Below, in pieces: positions 1 to 11,600 of a DNA stretch of 64,000 nucleotides. The translations under genes were made by a program, and so were the position numbers. The stretch lies in the sequence record OR805293.1. One strand, 5' to 3'. The first letter of the stretch is position 1. The number at the start of each line of letters is the position of its first letter. The notes beneath the pieces are model-generated. The model was not told the DNA's origin and made no database searches. It saw nothing but the letters and a program-made list of their open reading frames with translations.

Positions 1-664
1 CGAGTCTTTCTAAGAAATCTTTTAGTCCATTTATTTCGAAGCCCCGATCGTGTTGCTCTATATCGCCAGTGACTATCATTTTACAATTCTCACCTATTCT
101 TGAAAAAAGCATTTTAGACATGTTAGGCGTTGTATTCTGTATTTCGTCTGCTAATATAACACAATTTTTAAATGTTCTGCCTCTCATATATGCAAGGGGA
201 GCAATTTCTATAATTTCTTCCATAAGCATTTGTTCTATTTCGACAGGGGAATAATATTCTTTAAACACATCCATTATTGGTATTACCCAAGGAGCCATTT
301 TATCTATTAGCGTGCCTGGCAAAAAACCGTGTTCTTCGTCTACTGATACTGCTGGCCTAGTAATTACAATCTTATCGCATTTACCTTCTTTATATGCTTT
401 AATTGCATACATAGATGCTAGTAATGTTTTTCCAGATCCTGCTGGACCTGTTGCAAATACAATGTGCTGTGTATCGTCTTCTAATGCGTTTACATATTCT
501 TCTTGTGCTAAGCTTTTTGGTATTAGCTTAACTTCTTGTTTTCTTTGTATAGATCTTACTTGTTTAGTATTAGTAGACGGTTGAACAACATTGTTAGTTA
601 CTAGATGAAAGGTACTGTTAGGACCTTCGCTTGCTCGAGCTTTGCGCTTATCACGTTGTTTCAA
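1..664 (-). CDS. phoH: PhoH-family ATPase (3'-truncated by the window edge; missing from the ORF track)
   Basis: Manual translation from TTG at 664 (GGAG RBS at 673-676): ...IVFATGPAGSGKTLLA...KIVITRPAV...GFLPG...APLAYMRGRTF...ILADEIQN...VTGDIEQHD, all PhoH motifs. Confidence 0.93.
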   Translation of the reverse strand, partial: MKQRDKRKARASEGPNSTFHLVTNNVVQPSTNTKQVRSIQRKQEVKLIPKSLAQEEYVNALEDDTQHIVFATGPAGSGKTLLASMYAIKAYKEGKCDKIVITRPAVSVDEEHGFLPGTLIDKMAPWVIPIMDVFKEYYSPVEIEQMLMEEIIEIAPLAYMRGRTFKNCVILADEIQNTTPNMSKMLFSRIGENCKMIVTGDIEQHDRGFEINGLKDFLERL

Positions 665-724
665 AAGTATGACTCCTGGTTAAAATCTTATTTTTAGTGT
701 GATAATATGTATAAAGATCTAATC

Positions 725-753
725 TTTACATTGTTATTTATGTGTGTTATTAT
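725..753 (+). promoter_or_regulatory. sigma70-like promoter
   Basis: TTTACA-17bp-TATTAT with TGn extension. Confidence 0.5.
735..742 (-). promoter_or_regulatory. T4-like late promoter motif (CATAAATA) upstream of phoH
   Basis: Reverse complement of TATTTATG; same motif precedes about 10 other genes. Confidence 0.5.
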
Positions 754-809
754 ACATTAAGACTTAAGAAAAATCTACATCTAATTTTAAATATTAAGAT
801 TAATGTGTA

Positions 810-817
810 GATAAATA
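810..817 (+). promoter_or_regulatory. T4-like late promoter motif GATAAATA
   Basis: About 24 bp upstream of ATG at 841. Confidence 0.6.
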
Positions 818-828
818 TAATATATTAT

Positions 829-1362
829 TTGGATAGTAAAATGAACAAACACAATGCAGATACTGCTAGAGAGAATTTAGTTCAAATAGCAGGAAATAAT
901 AAAGTATTAGATATGCTCATAGAATTAGAAAAAACATTAGATAACTGTAATGTTTTTTCTTATGCAAATTGGAATAAAGGAGAATTAGTTGCCGGACCCT
1001 TTATTTCTAGATATTGGGTTACTACTACCTGGATGTACAATGAAAAAGATATGCCAGATCCCGATGCAGGATTGCGTTTACTAAAATACGGTTGCAAAGT
1101 AAAGTACGAAAGGGATGTTTTTTTAGAACCAAAAAAAGTAACAGGTAGACCTGACTACGAAAACCCAGCTACTAAGCAAGCAAAAATAGAAGAATTGCCT
1201 ATTTGGTTAGTGACAATAACTATGCCTAGGAAATTTATAGACGAAGCAATAATAGATGGCATGCAGGATTTCTCTAACGTAGATGATATAGATCCTAGTG
1301 CAATAGCTGATGTAGAAGCAGCAGGCGAAAACGGAATAAACGATGTAGATGGAAATCTATAA
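829..1362 (+). CDS. Conserved jumbo-phage hypothetical protein (start may be ATG 841)
   Basis: 177-aa ORF, globular composition, acidic C-tail, promoter motifs upstream. Confidence 0.75.
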   Translation: MDSKMNKHNADTARENLVQIAGNNKVLDMLIELEKTLDNCNVFSYANWNKGELVAGPFISRYWVTTTWMYNEKDMPDPDAGLRLLKYGCKVKYERDVFLEPKKVTGRPDYENPATKQAKIEELPIWLVTITMPRKFIDEAIIDGMQDFSNVDDIDPSAIADVEAAGENGINDVDGNL

Positions 1363-1391
1363 AATTATTCCATATTATAAAGGGGTATATA

Positions 1392-2093
1392 ATGTTAGCT
1401 AGACACTCATTGAAAGGAACTGTATTACCTATAATTTCGGTGGATGAGTATATGCCTAAATCTGGAACACAGGAAGAAGTTATAGTCATTGCATTCTATA
1501 CCATTGACGAAGACCCTGCGTTTGATTTAGACGATTTTATAGAAAAAAGTTTTATAGAAGTATTAGATGTCGATGTAAGTCCCAATCCCGACGAAAACGG
1601 AAATTATTTAGTATTTGTAGAATTAAAAAGAAAAGCAGGCTTCTTTGAAAAATTTTACAAGATTATAAAAGATGTAGAAAATGTGTCTGGAAAGCAAGAC
1701 TGGTTAGTTAAAGCATATCTTTGTAACGAATTACTACCATACGATGACGAAAGACTATTAGATTATATAATATTACTAGATGACGAAGAAGCATCAATAA
1801 CAGAAAGTGTAATATCTATGCTTACTGACAGTGATATATCTTCTGCTCACATAGATGATTCTAGAATATACATATCTAATTCTCATAGAACAGTAAGTTT
1901 TGAGCCATTGTATATAGGCGAAAAAGCATTTAATAGTTTAAAACTAAATGAATGTGCTATAGAACTATCTAATGTAGATAGTAATGTTGCTTTATTATCG
2001 GCATTTTTAGGTAAAAAATGGGAAGTATATAAACTAAACGAATATATAATACTTCAACACCAATCTAAGCAACCTATTATAGCCAAATTATAA
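1392..2093 (+). CDS. Conserved hypothetical protein
   Basis: 233-aa ORF, AGGGG RBS, followed by a terminator-like hairpin. Confidence 0.75.
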   Translation: MLARHSLKGTVLPIISVDEYMPKSGTQEEVIVIAFYTIDEDPAFDLDDFIEKSFIEVLDVDVSPNPDENGNYLVFVELKRKAGFFEKFYKIIKDVENVSGKQDWLVKAYLCNELLPYDDERLLDYIILLDDEEASITESVISMLTDSDISSAHIDDSRIYISNSHRTVSFEPLYIGEKAFNSLKLNECAIELSNVDSNVALLSAFLGKKWEVYKLNEYIILQHQSKQPIIAKL

Positions 2094-2097
2094 TCAA

Positions 2098-2124
2098 AAA
2101 GCACTTATTTTCGATAAGTGCTTT
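2098..2124 (+). terminator. Hairpin / intrinsic terminator
   Basis: aaagcacttat-tttcg-ataagtgcttt. Confidence 0.55.
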
Positions 2125-2131
2125 AACTATC

Positions 2132-2821
2132 ATGAAGAATTGGCAAACAATCCTTGGCGTATCTGCTAATCCCACAGAAAAACAGATAAAGACTGCATAC
2201 AGAAAACTTGCATCAAAATATCATCCTGACAGAAATAAAGATAAAGATGCAGAAAACATGTTTAAACAAGTAAGGGAAGCATACGAATATGCAATAAAAT
2301 GGATTTCTATTAAAACAGAACAATACACAGATACAGTATATATTCCATTAAAATACCAAAATAAAGGCGGCAAATTCAAGACATCTAATCATAAATTTAT
2401 TATAGAAATTCCGCCACATTTCCCTCATAATTCACAAAAAATAATAATAGTAAACAATTCTATATTATTAGTTACTGTAATATTTATACATGATACATTT
2501 TCTATAGCTCAAAATGGCATAGATGTATATGCAACTATTTCTGTAGAAAGTCTCGACATAATTATGGGCACAGAAATAATAGTTGAGCATCCGTACGGAA
2601 ATAAGATAAAAGTAGGTATACCTACATCATTTGTATCTGGATCTAAAATACTAGTGAAGAATAAAGGTATTAAGAATACATATACAGTAAACAATATTTT
2701 AGAAACCATAACAGGTCATTTGTATATAACTGTCAACATGTTCACAAAAGTTCGTTTGACTAAAAGTAGCGATACTAGTATACTACTAACGTACAAAGCA
2801 AAACCATACACAATCTCGTAA
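2132..2821 (+). CDS. dnaJ: DnaJ-like co-chaperone (J domain plus C-terminal beta-sandwich, no Zn finger)
   Basis: ILGV...[18 protein letters not shown] with the HPD motif; C-terminal [13 protein letters not shown]...V.IP motif. Confidence 0.88.
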   Translation: MKNWQTILGVSANPTEKQIKTAYRKLASKYHPDRNKDKDAENMFKQVREAYEYAIKWISIKTEQYTDTVYIPLKYQNKGGKFKTSNHKFIIEIPPHFPHNSQKIIIVNNSILLVTVIFIHDTFSIAQNGIDVYATISVESLDIIMGTEIIVEHPYGNKIKVGIPTSFVSGSKILVKNKGIKNTYTVNNILETITGHLYITVNMFTKVRLTKSSDTSILLTYKAKPYTIS

Positions 2822-2830
2822 GGGGTACAC

Positions 2831-5050
2831 ATGGATAGCCAAAAGAAACTGAATACTGTACTTACTGAAGCAAAAAAACTTGCAGTAAGTCACCAACACG
2901 AAGCCATTACTTCAGATCATGTATTGTATGTTTTATTAGGATACGACGAAGTAAAGGACTGTGTTAAAAACTGCAATGCAGACCCGGATCAATTAACTAA
3001 AGCAGTATCTGATTTCCTTGTTACCCAGTTGGGAAAATCCCGACACATAACTGATATGAATATCGATATCAGTCCCTCTCTTAGTCGCTGGTGCCAGCAA
3101 TTGGCAACTAAAATTGCATTAGATCCTAACAAAGCAATGACGTATGTCGATATGCTCGATGCACTCATCAAAGACACCAGTTGCAATGCAAGCCAGCTTC
3201 TCGCGCACTATGGTGTTACTACTGCTGTAGTAACTGAAGCGAAGAAATCTGCAGAAGCAGAATCCCTCATAAAGTCGTTTACTCGCAATCTTAACGACGA
3301 AGTATCTGAAGGCAAAATCGATCCGGTTATCGGCCGGGAAACTGAACTAGAAGAAGTTATCGAAGCCCTCGCCCGCCGGCGAAAAAACAATTGCATTCTT
3401 ACCGGCAAAGAAGGTGTAGGTAAGACGGCAATTGCCGAAGGGTTGGCGATGAAAATCGTCAATGGTGAGGTCCCTGAAGCAATTGCTGACAAACAAGTTA
3501 TTTCACTCGATATCGGCGCGATGATGGCAGGCACTAAATATCGCGGCGAGTTCGAAGAGCGTATGAAAGCGCTGCTAGACGAACTAAAAGCAATGAAAAA
3601 TGCCATCGTCTTCATTGACGAAATACATATGATCATGGGCGCCGGTGCAAGTAATGGTTCGTCAGTAGACGCTGCTAACCTGCTCAAGCCAGAATTAGCA
3701 AAAGGAACACTTCGTTGCATAGGCGCAACTACCTACGACGAATACAGTACCCACTTCGAAAAAGATCGGGCATTAATGCGCCGGTTCCAAAAAGTGGATG
3801 TTCCGCCGCCTAGTGTAGGCGACACTAAAAAAATAGTTGCCGGACTAAAGCAATATTACGAAGAGTTCCATGGTGTCAAATACGATGTAGGGACTCTAGA
3901 TCTGGCAGTCGATTTGACTGAACGATACATCAAAACTCGGCACCAGCCCGACAAATCAATCGATGCAATAGACTTAGTCGGCGCCAGAGCTAAATTAGCA
4001 GGGATCTCTACCATTACCGAGCGTATGGTCATAGAAACTGTAGCTAAATTAGCTCATATGCGTCCGGAAATGCTGGATAACACCGAAAACGACACTATTG
4101 CTCGTCTAGAAGGTAACCTCAAACACGATGTGTTTGGGCAAGACGAAGCTATTAACAAGCTCTGCGAAGCAGTAATGGTACACAAAGCAGGACTTCGAGA
4201 TGCTAATAAGCCGATTGGTAACTTCTTATTAGTAGGTCCGACCGGTACTGGCAAAACGTTCTTGGCAAAAAAACTATCCCAACATATGGGTATTCCTTTG
4301 GTGCGGTTCGATATGTCTGAATACCAAGAACAGCATAGCGTCGCCCGGTTGCTGGGCGCCCCGCCCGGATATGTAGGGCACGGCGAAGGTGAAGCTGGCG
4401 CTGGGCAGTTAATCTCTGAGATTGAAAAAAATCCCAACTGCATCTTGTTGCTAGACGAAATCGAAAAAGCACACCCGAAGGTATTTAGTACGTTCCTTCA
4501 GGTTATGGATGACGCCCGACTAACTTCGTCAACTGGCAAAACTGTATTCTTCGGTAACGTTTTGCTACTAATGACATCTAACTCCGGCGCTGCTCAAGCT
4601 GCTAAAGCATCGATCGGATTTGGAAATAATTTTAACGACGGTGCAATAGATAGCGCAGTTACAAAAGGATTTGCGCCTGAATTCCGGAACAGGCTCGACG
4701 GCATTGTTAAGTTCTCGGCGCTCACTATCAACGAAATGTCTAAGATTGTAGACACTGAGTTTGCTAAAGTACAAGCAAGTGTACTAGAAAAAGGCGTATC
4801 GTTGATCCTTACCCAAGAAGCACGTCAAAAATTAGCAACAGATGGATATGATCCCAAGATGGGAGCCCGTCCGCTCGCGAGGCTGTTCCAGGAGAAAGTC
4901 AAGTTGCCGCTGTCAAAGCTGATGCTACTTGGCGATCTTAAAAATGGCGGTCACGCAGAAGTCAGGGTAGTAGCAGACGAAGTTGTAGTTATACAAGCAA
5001 TTGCCCCTGCTACTAAAGCTAAAAAGAAAATAGACCAAACTGTAGTTTAA
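2831..5050 (+). CDS. clpA: ClpA-like Hsp100 AAA+ ATPase
   Basis: N-domain; two Walker A motifs (GKEGVGKT, GPTGTGKT); Walker B IDEIH and LLDEIEKAH; no ClpB M-domain; ClpP-docking IGF loop (KASIGFG). Confidence 0.92.
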   Translation: MDSQKKLNTVLTEAKKLAVSHQHEAITSDHVLYVLLGYDEVKDCVKNCNADPDQLTKAVSDFLVTQLGKSRHITDMNIDISPSLSRWCQQLATKIALDPNKAMTYVDMLDALIKDTSCNASQLLAHYGVTTAVVTEAKKSAEAESLIKSFTRNLNDEVSEGKIDPVIGRETELEEVIEALARRRKNNCILTGKEGVGKTAIAEGLAMKIVNGEVPEAIADKQVISLDIGAMMAGTKYRGEFEERMKALLDELKAMKNAIVFIDEIHMIMGAGASNGSSVDAANLLKPELAKGTLRCIGATTYDEYSTHFEKDRALMRRFQKVDVPPPSVGDTKKIVAGLKQYYEEFHGVKYDVGTLDLAVDLTERYIKTRHQPDKSIDAIDLVGARAKLAGISTITERMVIETVAKLAHMRPEMLDNTENDTIARLEGNLKHDVFGQDEAINKLCEAVMVHKAGLRDANKPIGNFLLVGPTGTGKTFLAKKLSQHMGIPLVRFDMSEYQEQHSVARLLGAPPGYVGHGEGEAGAGQLISEIEKNPNCILLLDEIEKAHPKVFSTFLQVMDDARLTSSTGKTVFFGNVLLLMTSNSGAAQAAKASIGFGNNFNDGAIDSAVTKGFAPEFRNRLDGIVKFSALTINEMSKIVDTEFAKVQASVLEKGVSLILTQEARQKLATDGYDPKMGARPLARLFQEKVKLPLSKLMLLGDLKNGGHAEVRVVADEVVVIQAIAPATKAKKKIDQTVV

Positions 5051-5060
5051 CACTACTCCT

Positions 5061-5091
5061 AAAAATAGCCCCGAACGGGGCTATTTTTTTT
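5061..5091 (+). terminator. Rho-independent terminator
   Basis: atagcccc-gaac-ggggctat followed by a T run. Confidence 0.9.
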
Positions 5092-5138
5092 AACAACAAG
5101 TTTCAGTAACGTACTAATTCAATACAATTACGTACACT

Positions 5139-5146
5139 GATAAATA
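5139..5146 (+). promoter_or_regulatory. Late promoter motif GATAAATA
   Basis: Heads the virion gene block, 22 bp upstream of ATG 5169. Confidence 0.65.
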
Positions 5147-5168
5147 CTGCATAATAATAGAGGTCAAA

Positions 5169-5603
5169 ATGAGTATTAGAAAATCTGTATTAATGCTGCA
5201 AGGTGCAAGTTTTGACGGAGAAATGAAAATAGTAGGTGAAAGAGTTAGGGCTGATAACTTTTTCGGTTTTACTGACGGAATTCATACAGTATCTATGTCT
5301 TATTATAATTTTAAAGGATACTTTATGCTTCAAGGAACTCTATCTATGAATCCAGAAGAGTCGGATTGGTTTAATATAGATGTAACTGAACGAAATAGAA
5401 GAACCACTGTTTTACGTTTCCCCGAAGATCCGGCGCATCCAACAGGCGAGAAAAACGGCGATACCGGTACAAAGGCATTTACTTTTATAGGTAATTTTAC
5501 TTATCTAAGAGCAGTTGTATCGTGGGAAGGATATATACCGCCGCCTGTACTTGTAACAAACGAAGATATGGGTAGTGTAGATAAAGTGCTGTTAGCAATG
5601 TAA
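5169..5603 (+). CDS. Putative virion structural protein
   Basis: 144 aa, beta-rich, GAGG RBS, late promoter, directly upstream of the tail fibre gene. Confidence 0.6.
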   Translation: MSIRKSVLMLQGASFDGEMKIVGERVRADNFFGFTDGIHTVSMSYYNFKGYFMLQGTLSMNPEESDWFNIDVTERNRRTTVLRFPEDPAHPTGEKNGDTGTKAFTFIGNFTYLRAVVSWEGYIPPPVLVTNEDMGSVDKVLLAM

Positions 5604-5616
5604 GGTTAAAAAGAAT

Positions 5617-8600
5617 ATGAGTATACAATCAGGTCCTTCTGTATTAAATCAATTTGTTCCAGATTTTCTAATAGATAGTACACCAACTAATGGTCAATTT
5701 TTAGTTTATGACGAAACTGTCCAGGCATTTGTAAATAGCACAAATCCCAGAATCGTATTAGATTCGTCTAATATATTAGACGGTTCTATAACAATTGATA
5801 AACTTGCAATATCTGGTAATAAAGTACCTGGATACGTACTAACTATAACTTCCGCAGGCGGAATGGCATTTTTACCAGTGCCTGGCAGCGGTGGCCAACT
5901 ACCTAGTCTAGATGAATTACTAGACACAAATATAGTATCTCCTACTGTAACCCAATATCTTAAATGGGACGGTTCTGCATGGGTTAATAGTAATATAACG
6001 TTAAATGATGTATCAGATGTCTCTGTTATCTCCCCTACAGCCGATGATGTATTAGCATGGGAATCAGGTTCTTGGACAAATAAGAAAATAGATTATACAT
6101 CACTAACAAACAAACCAGATTTGAGTGATGTAGTTAGATCTAGCGAATTGTCACCAGTTGCATTCAGTGGTGATTATAATGATTTAGTAAATATTCCTAG
6201 TGCAACTTCTAATACTATAGTTGGATTAACAGATGTTAACGACACTGCACTACCTAACGGATTCTTGCGCTGGAACGCAAGCGGTGATGAGGTAGAATTT
6301 ATTACTTCAATTTCTGCTACTGTAATAACCGGGTTAGCTCCGGTTGCTACTAGTGGAAATTATAATGACTTATTAGGAAAACCTAATTTGTCAGTGTATC
6401 CGCTTAGAACTGAATTTTCCACTGTTGCAACCACCGGTAATTATTCTGATTTGAACAATGTGCCTTTGACATTTGCACCAAGTGCGCATACTCACCCGGC
6501 TGCACAAATCACAGGATTAGCATCTGTAGCTACTAGCAACGATTATAACGATTTAGTTAATAAACCGACTGCGATGGCGCCAACTGCACATACGCATGCT
6601 ATATCTGATATTATAGGATTGCAAAATTCGCTAGATAGTAAGTTGACTGTTAATTTAACTACTAGACTTCCAAAAGATGTTATTTATTTTAACGGCACTT
6701 CATGGGTAAACAAGCAATTATCTTATACTGATATTTCCGGTACTCCTAACTTAGATAACTATGTTACTGATTCAGAATTATCTACTGTTGCTACAACTGG
6801 CAGATATTCTGATTTAATAAATAAACCCGAGTTAGTAGAAAATTTAAACGACTTATTAGATGTAGATGTTTCTTCTAAACAAACAGGAAACGTATTAACC
6901 TGGAACGGAACAGCATGGGTTGCTAGTGCAATAACACAAGCAAGCATAGATTGGGCTAATATAAGCAATAAACCAAGCGTTTTTAACCCCGCTGCGCATA
7001 CACACGACGTAGTAGACGTACTAGGCCTGCAAAGTTTACTAGACAGCAAACTTGACGCAAATATTGCATTCGACGGCGATTATAATAGTTTAACAAATAA
7101 ACCGGGGTTAATAGATCTTCAAGATACATTTAGTCCTGCTGTACCTAACGGATTCTTACGGTGGAATAATTTAGGTACCTTAGTTGCATATCAAGATTAC
7201 ATATATCCGCAAGATATTTCGGGATTGTCAGATGTTGCTATATCAGGTCAGTATTCGGATTTATTGGGTACTCCTTCCTTATCAACTGTTGCTATAACCG
7301 GGAGTTATAGCGACTTAATTGATGCGCCGCCTGCATTTGACGGTGATTATGATAGTTTAACAAATAAACCGTTTATTCCTACTAATTTTGATTTTAAATT
7401 TATAGGTTTAAATGATGTAAGTCCTACTGTTCAGCCTGGCGGCTATTTAAAATGGAACTTAGACGGTTCATTTGTTGTATCGTCAGCAAACATTCCTGCA
7501 ACAGATGTAGCAGGTTTATCTGTTGTGTCTACAACCGGACAATATTCGGATTTATTAGGCAAACCGTTATTAGCTACAGTTTCTTCGTCGGGTAGTTATA
7601 CTGATTTAATAAATATTCCTACTGAATTTAATCCAGCCGTACATACCCACAATATAGCAGACATATCCGGATTACAGGCAGCCCTGGACAATAAATTAAA
7701 TACATCTGATGCATTTAGTGGTGATTATAATGATCTAACTAATGCACCTACTAATAGTTCATATTCATTAGTGGGTTTATCAGATACTAATTCTGTACCT
7801 GTTGCAAACGGATTCTTACGCTGGAATGCATCTGGAAGTAGTGTTGAATATATTCAAACAATTCCTGTAAATGCAATAACTGGATTGGCTCCTGTTGCAT
7901 CATCTGGCCAGTATGCAGATTTGCAAGGAACACCGGATTTATCTGACTATGTTTTATCTGTATCATTGGCTGACATAGCTACAACTGGAGAATATTCAGA
8001 TTTAATAAATGCACCTGATTTAAGTGTGTATGCTAATAAAACTGATCTGTCAGATGTAGCTACAACAGGACAATATTCGGATTTATTGGGTATTCCTACA
8101 CAATTTACACCGACAGTTCATGTCCATAACGTTTCTCAAATAAGTGGATTAGCTACTGTTGCTACTAGCGGAAGTTATAATGATTTATCTAATAAACCGT
8201 CGTTTGCTAATGTTGCAACTACAGGCAGCTATGATGATCTAAACAATAAACCATCCATACCTACTAATGGCAGTTTTAGTTTACTTGGGTTAAATGATAC
8301 AAATAATACGCCAGTTGCAGATGGTATATTGCGTTGGAATTCCAGTGCAAATCAGGTAATATATGCAAATACAATCGATGCACAATCTGTTTCTGGATTA
8401 GCTACTGTTGCAACTATAGGTAAACTATCTTCACTAAGTGATGTAGATTTAATAGGTTTGAACCAGAATGAAATATTGCAATGGAACGGTTCTGCATGGG
8501 TACCTGTACCTTATAATCCTAATCAAATACAAGCCTACATAGAGAGCGGAAATACAAAAGTTTCTACTAACGATATTTTAGATAGCATTGTTCTAACAGC

Positions 8601-11600
8601 AGGACCTACTACCGGAAATATAATATTCGAGTTAGGAAATACAAATAGCTCAATTATTCTAAATCCAGTTGCTAATAACGTAGATGCTCTTATTTCTTCT
8701 ACTTCTAGAATAAAATTAGATTCATCCACTGGCATATCATTAGGTAATATAAGTTATCCAATGACCGACGGTACAGTTGGGCAAGCAGTAGTTACAAATG
8801 GAGCTGGCCAACTATCGTTTGAAACAGTAGTTAAACCCTCTCAATTGGCTACAGTTGCTACTAGTGGAAATTATAATGACTTAACTAATAAACCTACATT
8901 AGTAACCGAACTAAACGGACTTGCTGACGTTCGTATGCGTGATACTAATGGAAATTATTTAGCACAACCAGAGGATGTGTTAACATATTCTAACGGAATA
9001 TGGCAAGCACGACCGAACACTAGTTCTTCTTTTATAGGTTTAAGCGATACCCAAAATATAACATTGCCAGAAGATAGGGCTAATGCATACTTACGTTGGG
9101 ATACTACTGGAAATCTAATTATATACGAAGATAGTATTTCTGCAAGCGTAATTGCCGGATTAGCAGAAGTAGCAACCACAGGAGATTTGCACGATTTAAT
9201 AAATGTAAATGTAAATTTACCTGATATGAACAATCCAGCTACACAAGCTGTTTGGGGTTTAATATGGGATCGTCAGAATCAACGTTGGATAAATTACAAT
9301 TTACGTAATATAGCAGGTTCGGGTGGATCTACAGTAGTAGCATTGAATGACTTAACTGATGTTACTCTTACTTTCCCTGTAGTTGACGGTAATGTTCTTA
9401 GAGCAACTGTGCAACCAGACAATAGTATTGTTTGGCAGAACAAACAACTATCTTATAGTGACTTAACTGGAACTATAAGTATGAGTCTGTTGCAATTAAC
9501 TGATACTAGTTCATCTGCTGTACCTAATGGATTCTTACGGTGGGACTCATCGGGTAACACAGTTCAGTATATTACTACAATAAGTACAAATGATATAACC
9601 GGGTTAGCTCCGGTTGCTACTAGTGGAAATTATAATGACTTATCTAATACACCTGCTATACCGGCATCAATTAATGATTTAGCAGATGTTAATACCGTTA
9701 GTCCTGTTCCTACAAACGGATATGTATTAACATGGGATAGTAGTTCGAATAATTGGATTGCAAAAGAACCTGCAACTAACCCATCTGGCAGTACAGCCCT
9801 AGCTGATCTAACAGATGTATCTCTATCTGATCTAGCTGCTAGTGATGTTTTAAAATACAACGGCACTACATGGGTAAACGAACCAGTTACGTATTCTGAA
9901 TTAACAGATTTACCTACATTTGCGTTAGTTGCATTTAGTGGTGATTATAATGATTTAACTAATAAGCCATCGGGATCTACTACATCTATACTAGATCTAA
10001 CTGATACTGCAGATACTGCACTACCTAACGGATTCTTGCGCTGGAACGCAAGCGGTGATGAGGTTTTATATCAATCATCTATTAATGTTTCTGATATAAT
10101 AGGATTATCCGGTGTAGCTATAAGTGGTGATTATAACGATTTATCCAACAAACCGGAAAATAATTCGTATTATTTTAGAAAGTTAGCTGATGCAGGAAAT
10201 CCGCAGCCTAATACATTTATAAAATATCCTGCGTTTACTATTCCGCCCGGTAGTGATATAGACGATGTTAATCCTATACTCGAATATGTAAGTAGCATAA
10301 ATGCACTAACTGACATAGATAACCTAGCTCCGGTTGCCACTAACGGAATACTAGGAAGTTTAGTAGACGTAAATCTAAATTCAGTAGAAGATGGACAAGT
10401 TCTTACTTATGATGCTGTAACAAATAGCTGGATAAACAAAAATAGTTCAGGATCGCCGGTAGTAACTTCGTGGACAAAGATAAATGGCAACTATACTGTA
10501 ACTGGCTCAGAATATTTATTGGTAGATACAACTTCTGCTAGTGTAACAATTACTCTGCCTGTTGCCCCTACCGAAAATATGGTAATTCGTATTGCTGATT
10601 GGAAAGGTACATTTAGAACAAATAGTTGCGTAGTGAATACTAATGGCATGCCTTTAATGGGTGCTAGCATGGATAACACACTAACTATTCAGAACCAAAA
10701 TGCAAGTATAGAGTTAACATTTGTAGACACAACGTACGGTTGGAAAATAACAGATGGTATAGGTGAGATATCTAAACAAAACATTCCAGTTACGAACTGG
10801 CGTACTGTGGATTCATCTAGCACTCCTGCTATGCTAATAGCTCAACCCGGCGAAGCAATTTATGTTAATACCAACAATGGTGCAGTAACTGTTAAATTAC
10901 CGACAGGAGCAAGTGTTAATGCTGTTGTTAGAATAGCTGACTTGTTAGGTACTTACGATAAAGCAAGTTGCTTTGTAGATGGCAACGGCAACCCAATAAT
11001 GGGTAAAAACGAAATATTAGAAATTGCAAACGAAAATGCTTCTATAGAATTTACATACGTCGATTCGGTAGTAGGGTGGAAAGTAACAGACGGCATAGGT
11101 GAGTTAGGTAGAAAAACTGATATTGCATCTGATTCGGATATAATAGTTTATGTAGCTACAGACGGTAACGACACTACAGGAAGTGGAACCGAAGAATCTC
11201 CATTTGCTACATTAAATGCTGCTTTCCTTAGTCTAGATGGCAAATTTGTAAATAGTTCTGCAGAAATTATAGTTCGTGTTGCAGAAGGTGTCTACGAACC
11301 TACCAATCCTGTTGCGTTTAGTCACATTCAGGGAATGAATGTAAAACTTATAGGCGAATTGCCCCAAGCAAGTAGTTCATTCACTGTTACTAATATAACC
11401 AATGATGCAGGATTGGCAAAAGTAACAATGCAACTTTCTTCTGTCAGTGACTACGAAGTAGGGGACATTATAAAGATTACGTCGGCAGCAACTATGTTAG
11501 AATGTGTTGAAATTATAACAGCAATAAACACAGGATCTAATACTTTAGAGATAGTAATTCCTAATAGTGTATTAGCCGATGTATCTGACTATACTGGGTA

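Noticed and set aside
69-584. Plus-strand ORFs 69-254 and 312-584
   Set aside because: Antisense to phoH, which was recovered by manual translation.
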